Shown piece by piece: positions 19,213 through 28,671 of a stretch of DNA of 52,380 nt. The translations under genes were made by a program, and so were the position numbers. The first letter of the stretch is position 1. Every line of letters begins with the position of its first letter. The notes under the pieces were generated by a model that was not told the origin of the DNA, did not search any database, and was given only the letters and a program-made list of their open reading frames with translations. Source of the stretch: Candidatus Micrarchaeota archaeon (lineage in GTDB: Archaea; Micrarchaeota; Micrarchaeia; Micrarchaeales; CABMGC01); NCBI GenBank assembly GCA_021817505.1, contig JAKAUU010000008.1, positions 1 to 52,380 on the forward strand, written 5' to 3'.

Positions 19213-21390
19213 CTATACCTTTGCCTTTTTGGCTCTCTTTGGCTTTGCAGCTTTTTTAACAGTTGCCTTGCTTCCCGGTCTCTTTTGGGATTTTGCCGGG
19301 CTCTTTGGAGGTTTTGCAGCGTTATCTTTAGAGGCTGCCTCTTCCTGCTTTATCTGAGCCGCCGTCTTGGGCTTGCCCCAGTCCTTCTTTGTCTCGCAGT
19401 TAGGATCCAGGCACATCTGGAAGACGCGCTTGCCTCTCCTGAATACCTTTACTATCGGAGTGCCGCAGAACTCGCAGTTCTTTCCGGTTGGTTTGACGAA
19501 AGAGTATTGCGGCAGAGGGTATGAGAGCTGGCAGTTATTGCACTGGACGAAGGACTTTCCGGCAGTTGACCTTCTAACTATCAGGTCACCGCCGCACTTG
19601 CACTTTCCTATGCTCGCTTCCATCTCACTCTTCTCGAGCCCTTGTGACAGCCTCTTGCCTATATCGGACTGCTTCTCCTTGAATATGTTCGTTATCTTTG
19701 TTATTATCTGCTTGCCCTCCTCTATTACATCTCCGCTTGATATCTTGCCTTTGGATATTCCTTCCATGTCCTCTTCGAGCTTTCGCGTAAGCTGTTCATC
19801 GAGTATGTCAGGGCAGTATGAATGGAGGGCATCGTATATGCTCATGCCGAAACCGGTTACCTCTATCTGCGAGTTCCTTATGTACTCCCTTCTGAATAGC
19901 GTGTCTATTATCTCGGCGCGCGTAGCCTTGGTGCCGAGCTCTTTCTCCTCGAGAGTCGCTATAAGGCTCGCCTTGTTGTATCTCCTAGGAGGCTCGGTCT
20001 TGAGCGCCCTGGACTCGATTTTCTCAACGCTAAGAGTTTCGCCCTTTGTAAAATCAGGCAGCTCCTTACTCTTCGGAGCGTAGTACTTGTATATGTCAAC
20101 CCATCCTCTTTTCAGAAGCCTGGAGCCGGATGCCCTATATCTCTCGTCGTTTATGCTTATCATGATCTCGCTGTTCTCTGTGGACGCGCTCTCCGCAAAG
20201 CATGCAAGGAACCTCCTTGTTATAAGGTCATATACATGCTGCTCCTCTGAGGTCAGCTTCTTAGGCTCCTCTCCGGTAGGGTATATTGCAGGGTGGGCTT
20301 CATCGCTCTTCTTACCTTCTATCGGCCTGAACCTGTTTGCCTGGATCAGAGGCATGACTATATCCTTGTATGCATCCAGTTTGGACAGCATGCCCAGTAT
20401 GTTCCTGAAATTAAGGGTGAATGGTAATTTCTGCGAGCTTGTTCTTGGGTATGATATGTACGACCTTTCATACAGGGACTGCGCAACTGCAAGAGTCCTG
20501 GAAGGGTCCATTTTGAAGACGCGGCTTGCCTCGAGCTGCAAAGAGGTGAGATCGAATGGGGGGAAGGGCCAGTGCTCCTTGACGTTCTTCTCTACGGATT
20601 CTACCTTTGCTTCCCTGCCTGCGCCCGATATTATGGATTCGGCTTCGTTTTTGTCGAATATTGAGCCCCTTGCTGATTCAAACTCGGTCCCGTTTACGGA
20701 TGCGAAGATCTTCCAGTAATCCTTTGAGACAAAGTTCTTTATCGCAAGCTCCCGCTCTGCCAGTAGGCTTAGGGCAGGGCCCTGGACCCTGCCTATGCTG
20801 AGTATCTTCTTCACTCCCTGAGTAGATATGGCACGCATCAGCAGCCTTGAGAGATTGATGCCCCACATCCAGTCAAGCTTATGGCGCGCCTCCCCGGCAT
20901 AGAAGTTCTCCAGGTCGAATTCCGATATCTCGTCGTAGGACCTTACAAGATCGGGCTTTGTAGTCGTAGAGAATTTCATGCGCTTTACGTTTGTTTTTGG
21001 AGGTTCGGAATTCACATTTGAATTTACGACGTATTTTATCAGGTTGCTGCCTATCACCGTTCCCTCTATATCATAGTCGCATGCGTTTATGAAGAATGAA
21101 CATTTCTTCCCTACGGAGTATATCGTGTCTATGTATTTCTTTGTAAAGTATGCGGATTTGTTCACCTTGTATGATTCTATCCATTCTACATCGAATACCG
21201 GCACATCCGAATCGCCGTGCTGTTTTATCGTGAAGAGATGTCCTGCAGCAGCAACTATGTATAAGGTGTCAGCTCCTTTCCTAATCTCATAGTATCTCAC
21301 GCCGTTTGTAACGTATGATAGAGGCTTGCCGTCATCCGCCAGAGAGTATGCTATCCTTATCGCTACGCTTGGCTTTTCTGCTATTATCAA
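19213..21390 (-). CDS. topA: DNA topoisomerase, type IA (archaeal TopA / Topo III-like), with two C-terminal zinc ribbons and a Lys-rich tail
   Basis: Toprim start MIIAEKPSVA and active-site Tyr context SYISYPRTSS. Zinc ribbons are CKCGG...CNNC and CEFCG...CLDPNC. The tail is KATVKKAAKPKRAKKAKV. Confidence 0.9.
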   Translation of the reverse strand: MIIAEKPSVAIRIAYSLADDGKPLSYVTNGVRYYEIRKGADTLYIVAAAGHLFTIKQHGDSDVPVFDVEWIESYKVNKSAYFTKKYIDTIYSVGKKCSFFINACDYDIEGTVIGSNLIKYVVNSNVNSEPPKTNVKRMKFSTTTKPDLVRSYDEISEFDLENFYAGEARHKLDWMWGINLSRLLMRAISTQGVKKILSIGRVQGPALSLLAERELAIKNFVSKDYWKIFASVNGTEFESARGSIFDKNEAESIISGAGREAKVESVEKNVKEHWPFPPFDLTSLQLEASRVFKMDPSRTLAVAQSLYERSYISYPRTSSQKLPFTLNFRNILGMLSKLDAYKDIVMPLIQANRFRPIEGKKSDEAHPAIYPTGEEPKKLTSEEQHVYDLITRRFLACFAESASTENSEIMISINDERYRASGSRLLKRGWVDIYKYYAPKSKELPDFTKGETLSVEKIESRALKTEPPRRYNKASLIATLEEKELGTKATRAEIIDTLFRREYIRNSQIEVTGFGMSIYDALHSYCPDILDEQLTRKLEEDMEGISKGKISSGDVIEEGKQIITKITNIFKEKQSDIGKRLSQGLEKSEMEASIGKCKCGGDLIVRRSTAGKSFVQCNNCQLSYPLPQYSFVKPTGKNCEFCGTPIVKVFRRGKRVFQMCLDPNCETKKDWGKPKTAAQIKQEEAASKDNAAKPPKSPAKSQKRPGSKATVKKAAKPKRAKKAKV

Positions 21391-21416
21391 CTTGTTTATC
21401 CAACCGCCTCGGTTAT

Positions 21417-21680
21417 TCAGCCCTGTTTGCGCCTCTGCTTCCTTGCCCGCTTTGCCTTGTTTGTCTTGCCGCCCTTTGCTTTTGGAGAAGCAGTATTGTC
21501 AACATGGGAGATATTTCTTGAAAGATATAATCCTGCTATTATTACAAGCACTACGCATGCATAGAATATTTCAGGTATGTTGAATATGAATGGTGAGAAT
21601 AAGATTGCGATTATTCCCAATAGTGCTACTATTAACGAGACCGCCATCAATTTATTCTCATCATCAACATAGACATCCAT
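21417..21680 (-). CDS. Small 2-TM membrane protein with a highly basic C-terminal tail
   Basis: Two hydrophobic helices followed by KAKGGKTNKAKRARKQRRKQG. It lies 26 nt upstream of topA on the same strand. Confidence 0.45.
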   Translation of the reverse strand: MDVYVDDENKLMAVSLIVALLGIIAILFSPFIFNIPEIFYACVVLVIIAGLYLSRNISHVDNTASPKAKGGKTNKAKRARKQRRKQG

Positions 21681-21719
21681 GCATTCAATTCAAGGTAATG
21701 TTAAAGATTATAATAGCTT

Positions 21720-22106
21720 ATGGTAGGAAATTGTAATGGTAAAGGCCTCATTATGGATACGCTGCTGATAGTATTGGTAACATTCATAGCTGCTTTCTTT
21801 GCGGCGCTTGCACAGTATTTCTTCAAAGGGGCTCTTCCCAGATTCAGTTTCAACCTTAAGGAGATGCTTGCCCTTTTCAAGAACAGGGGAGTCATAATAG
21901 GGATAATAGTATATCTGATAGGGCTTGCATTCTATCTGTATGCGCTTAAGTCAGGGGAGCTCTCATTTGTCTATCCCGTATTCTCCATAATCTTTGTCTT
22001 CGTGGCATTGATAGGCATGATTAAGTTCAAGGAAAAGCTTGGAATGAAAAGGGTCCTTGGCCTTGCGTTGATAGTGCTTGGCATAATAGTCATAGCGCTT
22101 ACATAG
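21720..22106 (+). CDS. EamA/SMR-like 4-TM half transporter (DMT superfamily), first of a pair
   Basis: Four TM helices and an EamA-like pattern (...YLYALKSGELSFVYPV...). The likely true start is the Met at 21753 (MDTLLIV...). Confidence 0.6.
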   Translation: MVGNCNGKGLIMDTLLIVLVTFIAAFFAALAQYFFKGALPRFSFNLKEMLALFKNRGVIIGIIVYLIGLAFYLYALKSGELSFVYPVFSIIFVFVALIGMIKFKEKLGMKRVLGLALIVLGIIVIALT

Positions 22107-22114
22107 ATGAGTTC

Positions 22115-22456
22115 ATGAAAAAGGATAGCAAACTTTTCTTTATAGTCCTCCTTGTATTCAGCACTTCCTTAGGCGGAGTGGGCCAGTTCCTATTCAAGGA
22201 GGGGCTCCTTCAGTCAGGATTGTACCTTGAGATCCTGATAATAGCGATCGGCATACTCGCGTATGTGATATCAACTGCAGTATACTTCTACACTCTTGCC
22301 AGGACGCACCTAAGCTGGGCATACGGCTTTGGAGGGATAAGCTACATAGTGGCGGAGCTTCTGGCATACTTCATTCTCCTTGAGCCTGTAGGGATAGCCA
22401 GATGGATCGGCGTGCTGATAATAGCGGTAGGCACAGCTCTTGTGGGGCTCAGCTGA
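22115..22456 (+). CDS. EamA/SMR-like 4-TM half transporter, second of a pair
   Basis: Four TM helices with the same architecture as its upstream neighbour, separated by an 8-nt gap. The arrangement resembles ArnE/ArnF-type heterodimers. Confidence 0.6.
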   Translation: MKKDSKLFFIVLLVFSTSLGGVGQFLFKEGLLQSGLYLEILIIAIGILAYVISTAVYFYTLARTHLSWAYGFGGISYIVAELLAYFILLEPVGIARWIGVLIIAVGTALVGLS

Positions 22457-22505
22457 GCAGCCCATATGCTATTTTATTCTTAGCAGGTTTAATTGGATAG
22501 GTTGA

Positions 22506-23378
22506 ATGCTTCCAGAATGGTTGGTTGTTGGGCCAGTTACAACTGAACGTTATGCACATGTGAAGAACAGGGTGAATGAGCTCTCGCTGCATACCGTATG
22601 TGTAGAAGCCGGATGCCCGAATATAACGGAGTGCTGGAGCGGAGGGACTGCTACCTTCATGGTGCTCGGGAGCAGATGCACCCGTGGATGCAGGTTCTGC
22701 GCAGTGAACAAGAGCGCGACGGGAGAGACTGTTGATGATCAAGAACCGGTAAAGCTAGCGAAGCTGATAAAGGAGTGGGGCTTGAGCTATGTTGTCATAA
22801 CATCGGTTGCGAGAGATGATCTTGCAGACCAGGGCTCCCTTCACTTCGCAGAGTGCGTGAAGGCGATAAAGAGAGAGAATCCCGGGACCATAATCGAGGT
22901 CCTCATACCTGATTTCCAGGGAGACGAGAGGCTTTTGAAGAACATTGTTGACGCACAGCCGGATGTCATAGGCAATAACATTGAGACCGTTGAAAGGCTG
23001 AGCAAAGAGGCCAGGGACAGGCGGGCGGATTACTGGCAGAGCATAGGGCTTCTGCAGAGAGTGAAGGCGCTCGACAAAGGAGTATACACCAAGTCTGCGA
23101 TGATGCTTGGCATAGGGGAGACCCGCGATGAAGTGGTGCAGAGCCTGAAGGATCTCAGGAATGCAAATGTTGATTTTGTTGCGATAGGGCAGTATCTGAA
23201 ACCGAAGGGGCACCACATGGTGGTAAAGGAGTTCATACGGCCTGAGGTATTTGAAGAGTATAGAAGGATTGGGACAGAATTAGGGTTCAGATATGTTGCA
23301 GCCGGTCCGTTCGTAAGAAGCTCGTATAGGGCAGGAGAGCATTTTGTAGCGAATGTGATCGGAAGAGCTGCTCATTGA
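22506..23378 (+). CDS. lipA: Lipoyl synthase (radical SAM)
   Basis: CVEAGCPNITECW is the auxiliary cluster motif and CTRGCRFC is the radical-SAM CxxxCxxC motif. Size is 290 aa. Confidence 0.9.
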   Translation: MLPEWLVVGPVTTERYAHVKNRVNELSLHTVCVEAGCPNITECWSGGTATFMVLGSRCTRGCRFCAVNKSATGETVDDQEPVKLAKLIKEWGLSYVVITSVARDDLADQGSLHFAECVKAIKRENPGTIIEVLIPDFQGDERLLKNIVDAQPDVIGNNIETVERLSKEARDRRADYWQSIGLLQRVKALDKGVYTKSAMMLGIGETRDEVVQSLKDLRNANVDFVAIGQYLKPKGHHMVVKEFIRPEVFEEYRRIGTELGFRYVAAGPFVRSSYRAGEHFVANVIGRAAH

Positions 23379-24454
23379 ACTAGCTTGTATGATGAGCCGC
23401 GCCATACTATCCTCTTCATCATCCTTGCAGAGACCAGATTATACAGATAGATGAACGGCATCAGCAGAACTATGGCTGCAATCATCGGGTCTTTGGTTCT
23501 TGTCCTGGCGTAGCTCCTCTTCAGGCTTGTCAGAAGATGTGCGAAGAGCAGGATGAATGTTGGAGAGACTGTAGCGGAAAGATATGCGCCCGATATAAGT
23601 ACGAAGATCTCGGAGAAGTAGAAGAATATGCCTCTCCTGAAGTTATTCGGGTAGCCAAGGAGGGTCAGTGCCGTCTGCCTGTTTGCCCACTCTGCAAACT
23701 GCATGGGATTGTCCTTTGTCCTTATCATAGGCTGCGCTTCCTTCACATATGCTATTCCCAGCTTTTTGCTCTTGCATATCTTGGTCAGCGTTATGTCATC
23801 CGATACCGAGTATCTTGAATTCACAAAATAATGAATGCTGTCCTTGACAAGGTCCTTCCTGAAGGCCATGGTGCCTCCCCATGCGAATCTGCTCTTCCTG
23901 TTCTCCAGAAGATTCTCCCCGACGAAATTCCAGACCATCTTTACCTTTGACCAGAAACCTCCGATTGGGACGAAGTGCGGATAGGTAGTAGCTATGCCAA
24001 TCCTCTTATCTGCAAGGGGAGCGACTATGGAGCTCAACCATGAGCCATTTACCATTATGTCAGAGTCTGCGACAACGTAAGCCTCGTAGTTCCTGAATCT
24101 CGACAGGGCCGAGGCTATCGCCCTTACCTTTCCGCTCGCCCTTGCACTTTTTACGCTTGATATTATGTGCTTTATCCCTGCTTTTCTTATCTCGGTTGCA
24201 GCCGGATCATCTTCCGAATCTATGACAGCAACTACGTCATACTTCAGATACCTCTGCTTCTTGATTGAGATTAAATTTTCTACAAGGCCGAGGTCCGGAC
24301 CTTTGCAAGGAATTATGATTAGAGTCTTTGGTTCGTAATGCTTTTTCCGAAGCTCTTCCTTCCCGCGGAATAGGCGTGCTGCGTCTATGCCTATCAGCAT
24401 TGTAGCAAGAAGAACCGCGAGCGCTTCTAAAATTTCCAGTGGAAGATTTGCCAT
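23372..24454 (-). CDS. Membrane-bound family 2/21-like glycosyltransferase
   Basis: N-terminal TM, then IIIPCKGPD, a DSD (DxD) motif in VVADSDIMV, and C-terminal TM helices. The architecture is like ceramide glucosyltransferase. Confidence 0.65.
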   Translation of the reverse strand: MANLPLEILEALAVLLATMLIGIDAARLFRGKEELRKKHYEPKTLIIIPCKGPDLGLVENLISIKKQRYLKYDVVAVIDSEDDPAATEIRKAGIKHIISSVKSARASGKVRAIASALSRFRNYEAYVVADSDIMVNGSWLSSIVAPLADKRIGIATTYPHFVPIGGFWSKVKMVWNFVGENLLENRKSRFAWGGTMAFRKDLVKDSIHYFVNSRYSVSDDITLTKICKSKKLGIAYVKEAQPMIRTKDNPMQFAEWANRQTALTLLGYPNNFRRGIFFYFSEIFVLISGAYLSATVSPTFILLFAHLLTSLKRSYARTRTKDPMIAAIVLLMPFIYLYNLVSARMMKRIVWRGSSYKLVQ

Positions 24455-24504
24455 CAGGGATAGCTTAATTAAGATACTTTATTATACTATTCTCAGCTGT
24501 TCGG

Positions 24505-25542
24505 ATGTACCATACTTTCCAGACGATAATAATACCTGGGATATTGGCTTTTGCTGCCGCGTATGTAGGCATAGGTTTCCTTAAGAGATACCTTTATGGT
24601 GCAGGCATAGTCGCAGAAGACAGGAACAAGGAGAAGAGAGTGAAGCTGCCTAGCAGCGCAGGGCTTGGCTTTGCGTTTGGGATAGTCATAGGCATACTCG
24701 CGTATACTTTTGGCGGCTCGTTCATCTATGCCCCGGTGATAAACGTGTCTACGCTCCTATCAGTAGCACTCTCCATATTGCTAATAACAATGGTTGGATT
24801 CCTAGATGATATAAACGTGAAGCAGACCAGGGTGAAGAGCACAGGCATGATGGACATAAGGCAGGGGCTTAAGCAGTGGCAGAAGCCGATACTCACGATT
24901 CTTGGGGCGCTTCCACTCATGGCGATAAACGCAGGCGTGCACATGGTTGACCTGCCCTTCGTAGGAACAGTCAGTCTCGGGATAATATATCCGCTCATAC
25001 TGCTGCCGCTTGCCGTGATCTTCGTATCTAATTCCGTAAATCTCCTTGGCGGTTTTGACGGTCTGCAGCCTTTGATGGCCTTGGCTGCTGCTATCGGTTT
25101 GCTGATATACTGCATAATATTCGGCACTTACGTAGGTGCATTCCTCTCAGCACTCCTATGCGCTGCGCTCCTTGCCATGCTCCCGTTCAACCTATACAAG
25201 GCAAAGGTAGTCCCTGGAGACAGCTTCACCTATGCCGTAGGGGCTACTATGGTTGCCATAATGGTTATGGGCAATGCAGAATCATTCGGAATAATAATAT
25301 TCATACCTTGGATGATAGAATTCCTGCTTCACTTGAGGAAGAGGTTCAAGGTTACGGATCTGGGCATAAGGCAGAAGGACGGGACCTTCAAGGCGCCTTA
25401 TGGAAAGAGGATATACAGCTTGACGCATGTCGTTATGAACCTTAAGAAGGCGAAGGAGACGGATGTAGCATACTATCTGACAGCTCTTGAGGTCCTCTTT
25501 GTAGTGATAGCGTTTGCACTTAAACTAACGGGGCATCTGTAA
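24505..25542 (+). CDS. aglH: UDP-GlcNAc:dolichyl-phosphate GlcNAc-1-phosphate transferase (AglH / MraY-WecA family)
   Basis: GFLDDINV and NSVNLLGGFDGL motifs in a polytopic membrane protein of 345 aa. Confidence 0.8.
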   Translation: MYHTFQTIIIPGILAFAAAYVGIGFLKRYLYGAGIVAEDRNKEKRVKLPSSAGLGFAFGIVIGILAYTFGGSFIYAPVINVSTLLSVALSILLITMVGFLDDINVKQTRVKSTGMMDIRQGLKQWQKPILTILGALPLMAINAGVHMVDLPFVGTVSLGIIYPLILLPLAVIFVSNSVNLLGGFDGLQPLMALAAAIGLLIYCIIFGTYVGAFLSALLCAALLAMLPFNLYKAKVVPGDSFTYAVGATMVAIMVMGNAESFGIIIFIPWMIEFLLHLRKRFKVTDLGIRQKDGTFKAPYGKRIYSLTHVVMNLKKAKETDVAYYLTALEVLFVVIAFALKLTGHL

Positions 25543-25579
25543 TAGATGTTACTTGCGTTTTCAGCAGTATGCAATTTAT

Positions 25580-25879
25580 TCAGAACGGATTTGCGCCCTC
25601 TTTTAATGCAGAACCGTGAAGCATGCTCAAGCCCTCGGTTATGCTCTCGTCTAATTCCTTGTCGTCAAAAAGCGCAAGCAGTATGTCTTCGCTCTTTATC
25701 AGCTTCCTGCCCGCATGCCCTGCGTACTTTATCGCCTCCTGGGCTATAGAATCAGCAAAGCTCTCAAGCTCCATCTCAAGGTCGAGAACCGCGTCTTCGG
25801 ATATCCGTTCCGCACCCGCTTCCCTTATGAACTGCTCCACATCATATAAACTGAATTTCCTGTTTCCCGCTTTTCCCAA
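25580..25879 (-). CDS. Archaeal histone-fold protein with a C-terminal extension
   Basis: IREAGAERISEDAVLDLEMELESFADSIAQEAIKYAGHAGRKLIKSEDILLAL matches the archaeal histone consensus (..GA.R.S.DA......A...A.HAGRK....D..LA). About 30 extra residues follow. Confidence 0.75.
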   Translation of the reverse strand: MGKAGNRKFSLYDVEQFIREAGAERISEDAVLDLEMELESFADSIAQEAIKYAGHAGRKLIKSEDILLALFDDKELDESITEGLSMLHGSALKEGANPF

Positions 25880-25964
25880 TCACTCACCAAAAGTAAAGTG
25901 GTATATAGTTTGTGGGAAGCTTTAAAAGGATTATAACGTGCGATGAATAGTGGCATAACACGTT

Positions 25965-27158
25965 TTATTTGTACCTTAAAAGCGCCCCTATTCCGCCGAA
26001 TCCCATCATGAACTGCTTGCCGTAGGAGCTCTCTTCGGATACGAATACGGTCTCGGTCCCGGCATGGTCTGCCGTCTCTATCAGCTCCTCGATCGCATCC
26101 TCCTCCTTTACTATCTCAAGCTTTCCTCCGCAGCTGTGCTTCTGCTGGCGCTGCCTGCCTATCTCCATCGCCTCGAAGGTTGTGCCATCGTTGGTGCATT
26201 TGTATGTTACTCTCGTTATCTCAAGAGCCTCGCTTATTATCAGCTTTGATGCCTGGTCCGCATCAAGTGCGGCCTTGGTATTCGCATAGCCATGGACAGC
26301 TAGCCCGTTTACCGCCGTCTCCTTTATGAAGCGCTCTATTATATTCCGTTCCTGTGCTGCCTCCTGCTCCTTTAACAGGTCTGATGCCTTCTCCACAAGC
26401 TCATGCAGGCCATACTCATCGGTATAGCCCGTATCGTATACTCCTAGAAGCTTTACCTGGTAGTTGAGCTTATCCGCTTTTGCGAAGCCCTCTTTAGTAG
26501 GCCCTGGTCCTCCCAGGATTACTCCCTTTACCTTGAAATCGACCTGCGTGCAGTAGCTGTTCACCACCTCAGCCACCCTGGTATGGTACTCGCCTATGCT
26601 CTCCTCTATTCCACGCGCGTATCTTCCTGCAGACTGCCCTCCCTTCCTGACCTTTGCGTGCACCATCGAGTTTAACTTCTTTATGACCTGTATGTGATGG
26701 CCCTTAAGGGTTGCGATCGTCGCTTCCCTTCCATCCATAACCACCAGCACATACACGTCCTTGTTGGACATCATCGCCTCAAGCGGCTCTAGCAGGAAGG
26801 TCGAATCGCATCTGTATATGTTCACCTTTAGGGGCTGCGGAGGCTCCATGGAGAATAGCCCTATCTCGGTCCTACCGGGATTGTCCGATACGTTTCCTGC
26901 AAATATGGCTATGCCGTTTTGTGGAGTCTCCCTGAACAGTTTGAGATACTGTATTATCTTGTCCAGGGCGCTCTGTACGTTTAACCTTACTGATTTCGAC
27001 TTTATGTTAGATGACTGGGAGTACTCTTCACGGAGCTTTGCCGTTTCTTCGGAAAGCTGGTAGCCCGCAGGTATGTATACGCTGATCAGCTCCGTACCGT
27101 AACCGCGCACCCCTTTGAGCTTCCTTATCTCCTTGTTAATACTGTATTCATTTTTCAT
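25965..27158 (-). CDS. prf1: Peptide chain release factor aRF1
   Basis: NIKS motif (SSNIKSKS) and GGQ motif (RKGGQSAGR). Confidence 0.9.
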   Translation of the reverse strand: MKNEYSINKEIRKLKGVRGYGTELISVYIPAGYQLSEETAKLREEYSQSSNIKSKSVRLNVQSALDKIIQYLKLFRETPQNGIAIFAGNVSDNPGRTEIGLFSMEPPQPLKVNIYRCDSTFLLEPLEAMMSNKDVYVLVVMDGREATIATLKGHHIQVIKKLNSMVHAKVRKGGQSAGRYARGIEESIGEYHTRVAEVVNSYCTQVDFKVKGVILGGPGPTKEGFAKADKLNYQVKLLGVYDTGYTDEYGLHELVEKASDLLKEQEAAQERNIIERFIKETAVNGLAVHGYANTKAALDADQASKLIISEALEITRVTYKCTNDGTTFEAMEIGRQRQQKHSCGGKLEIVKEEDAIEELIETADHAGTETVFVSEESSYGKQFMMGFGGIGALLRYK

Positions 27159-27178
27159 GGTAAAAACCGCAGCAGTGG

Positions 27179-28483
27179 CTACTGCTTAGTTATCCTGTCC
27201 TTGCCCATGTACTTGACAAGGGCATCGGGAACCTTTATCGTGCCGTTGCCTTCAGCATAATTCTCAACTATCGCCACTATGGCCCTCTCTACTGCAATTG
27301 CAGTAGAGTTTAGAGTATGTACGTATTTGCGCTCTCCAGACTTGTCATACCTGATGTCGAGCCTCATTGACTGCCAGTCCGTGCAGTTTGAGCATGAGAC
27401 CATCTCACGGTACTTTCCCTGAACAGGCATGAATGCCTCTAGGTCGTACTTCTTTGCTGCTACTGTGCCTATATCTCCGGTGCAGATGTTGATTATGTGG
27501 TATGGTATGCCCAACTTCTTGAATAGCTCCTCGCTGTTCCCAATCAGCTCATCGAAGAATCTGTATGAATTCTCCTGCTCTGCGAATATGAACTGCTCAA
27601 CCTTATAGAACTGGTGCACTCTGAAGATTCCCTTCGTATCCTTCCCATGGGAGCCTGCCTCCCTCCTGAAACACGGGCTTATCCCTATCAGCTTAAGCGG
27701 AAGCTCCTTCGCTGCGAATGTATGTCCTGCATACATTGCGGCCATGGTGTGCTCAGATGTGCCTATCATATACAGGTCTTCATCTGTCTTCTCATAATCA
27801 TTTTTGCTCTCTGCTTCCTTAGGGTCGGTAACCTTGTACAGCGTCTCCTCGAAATCACCAAGAGGTGCGGCGCCTCTGAAGTACTCCTTCCTCATCATCA
27901 GAGGAGGAGATATTAGAGTATAGCCCTTTGCAACCAGCTCATCTATGGCAAACCTTATCAGTGACTGCTCCAGCAGGGCTATATCCCCTTTAAGATAATA
28001 GAAACGTGCGCCGGATACCTTTGCCGCAGCTTCCAGATCCAGGAGACCCATTTTAGTGAGTAGTTCTTCATGGCCTGGAATATTCTTTGGTAGAGCGTTT
28101 CCGTGCTTGCTTATCTCTTTGTTCTGCGAGTCATCCGCACCGTACGGTACGCTCTTGTCAAGTATGTTTGGCATGTTCCAGAGCAGATTCTTAAGTTTCT
28201 GCTCGTCATCAGGCAGCTCCTTCTCAAGGCCATCCAGCTTGCTCTTTATCTCGGAAACCTTCTCTGTTTTTTCCTTGTCAATGCTATTCTCTTTTTTCTT
28301 CTTCTCTGCAATTTCAAGGCTGAGCCTGTTCCTCTCGGCCCTCAGCTGCTGGATCTCTACGTTTGCCTTCCTTAGCTTCTCATCAAGTTTCAGCATCTCT
28401 TCTACAGGGTAATCGGACTTCCTCCTTGCCATAGATTCCCTTATCGCATCTATGTTTTCCCTAAGATACCTGCTTGTAAGCAT
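27179..28483 (-). CDS. serS: Seryl-tRNA synthetase
   Basis: N-terminal coiled-coil arm and class II motifs (FRREAGSHGKDTKGIFRVHQF, TAIAVERAIVAIVENY). Confidence 0.9.
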   Translation of the reverse strand: MLTSRYLRENIDAIRESMARRKSDYPVEEMLKLDEKLRKANVEIQQLRAERNRLSLEIAEKKKKENSIDKEKTEKVSEIKSKLDGLEKELPDDEQKLKNLLWNMPNILDKSVPYGADDSQNKEISKHGNALPKNIPGHEELLTKMGLLDLEAAAKVSGARFYYLKGDIALLEQSLIRFAIDELVAKGYTLISPPLMMRKEYFRGAAPLGDFEETLYKVTDPKEAESKNDYEKTDEDLYMIGTSEHTMAAMYAGHTFAAKELPLKLIGISPCFRREAGSHGKDTKGIFRVHQFYKVEQFIFAEQENSYRFFDELIGNSEELFKKLGIPYHIINICTGDIGTVAAKKYDLEAFMPVQGKYREMVSCSNCTDWQSMRLDIRYDKSGERKYVHTLNSTAIAVERAIVAIVENYAEGNGTIKVPDALVKYMGKDRITKQ

Positions 28484-28526
28484 AATCTATCACTGCCATT
28501 AATCATATAAATTAAGAATAGGCAAC

Positions 28527-28535
28527 TAATATATA
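28527..28535 (+). promoter_or_regulatory. Candidate TATA box (box A) for tRNA-Leu
   Basis: taatatata lies 27-35 nt upstream of the tRNA 5' end. Confidence 0.4.
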
Positions 28536-28561
28536 CTCGTATATTTATTTATTACATGCCT

Positions 28562-28647
28562 GCAGGGGTGGCAGAGTTTGGCCAAATGCGACGGGCTTAG
28601 GACCCGTTTCCTTTGTGGATGCGAGAGTTCAAATCTCTCCCCCTGCA
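28562..28647 (+). tRNA. tRNA-Leu (anticodon TAG), class II with a long variable arm
   Basis: Hand fold: acceptor GCAGGGG/CCCCTGC, anticodon stem ACGGG/CCCGT with loop CTTAGGA, variable arm TTCCTTTGTGGATGC, T arm GAGAG-TTCAAAT-CTCTC, discriminator A. No encoded CCA. Confidence 0.85.
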
Positions 28648-28671
28648 TATTAAAAAACCCGGGTTGATGCA

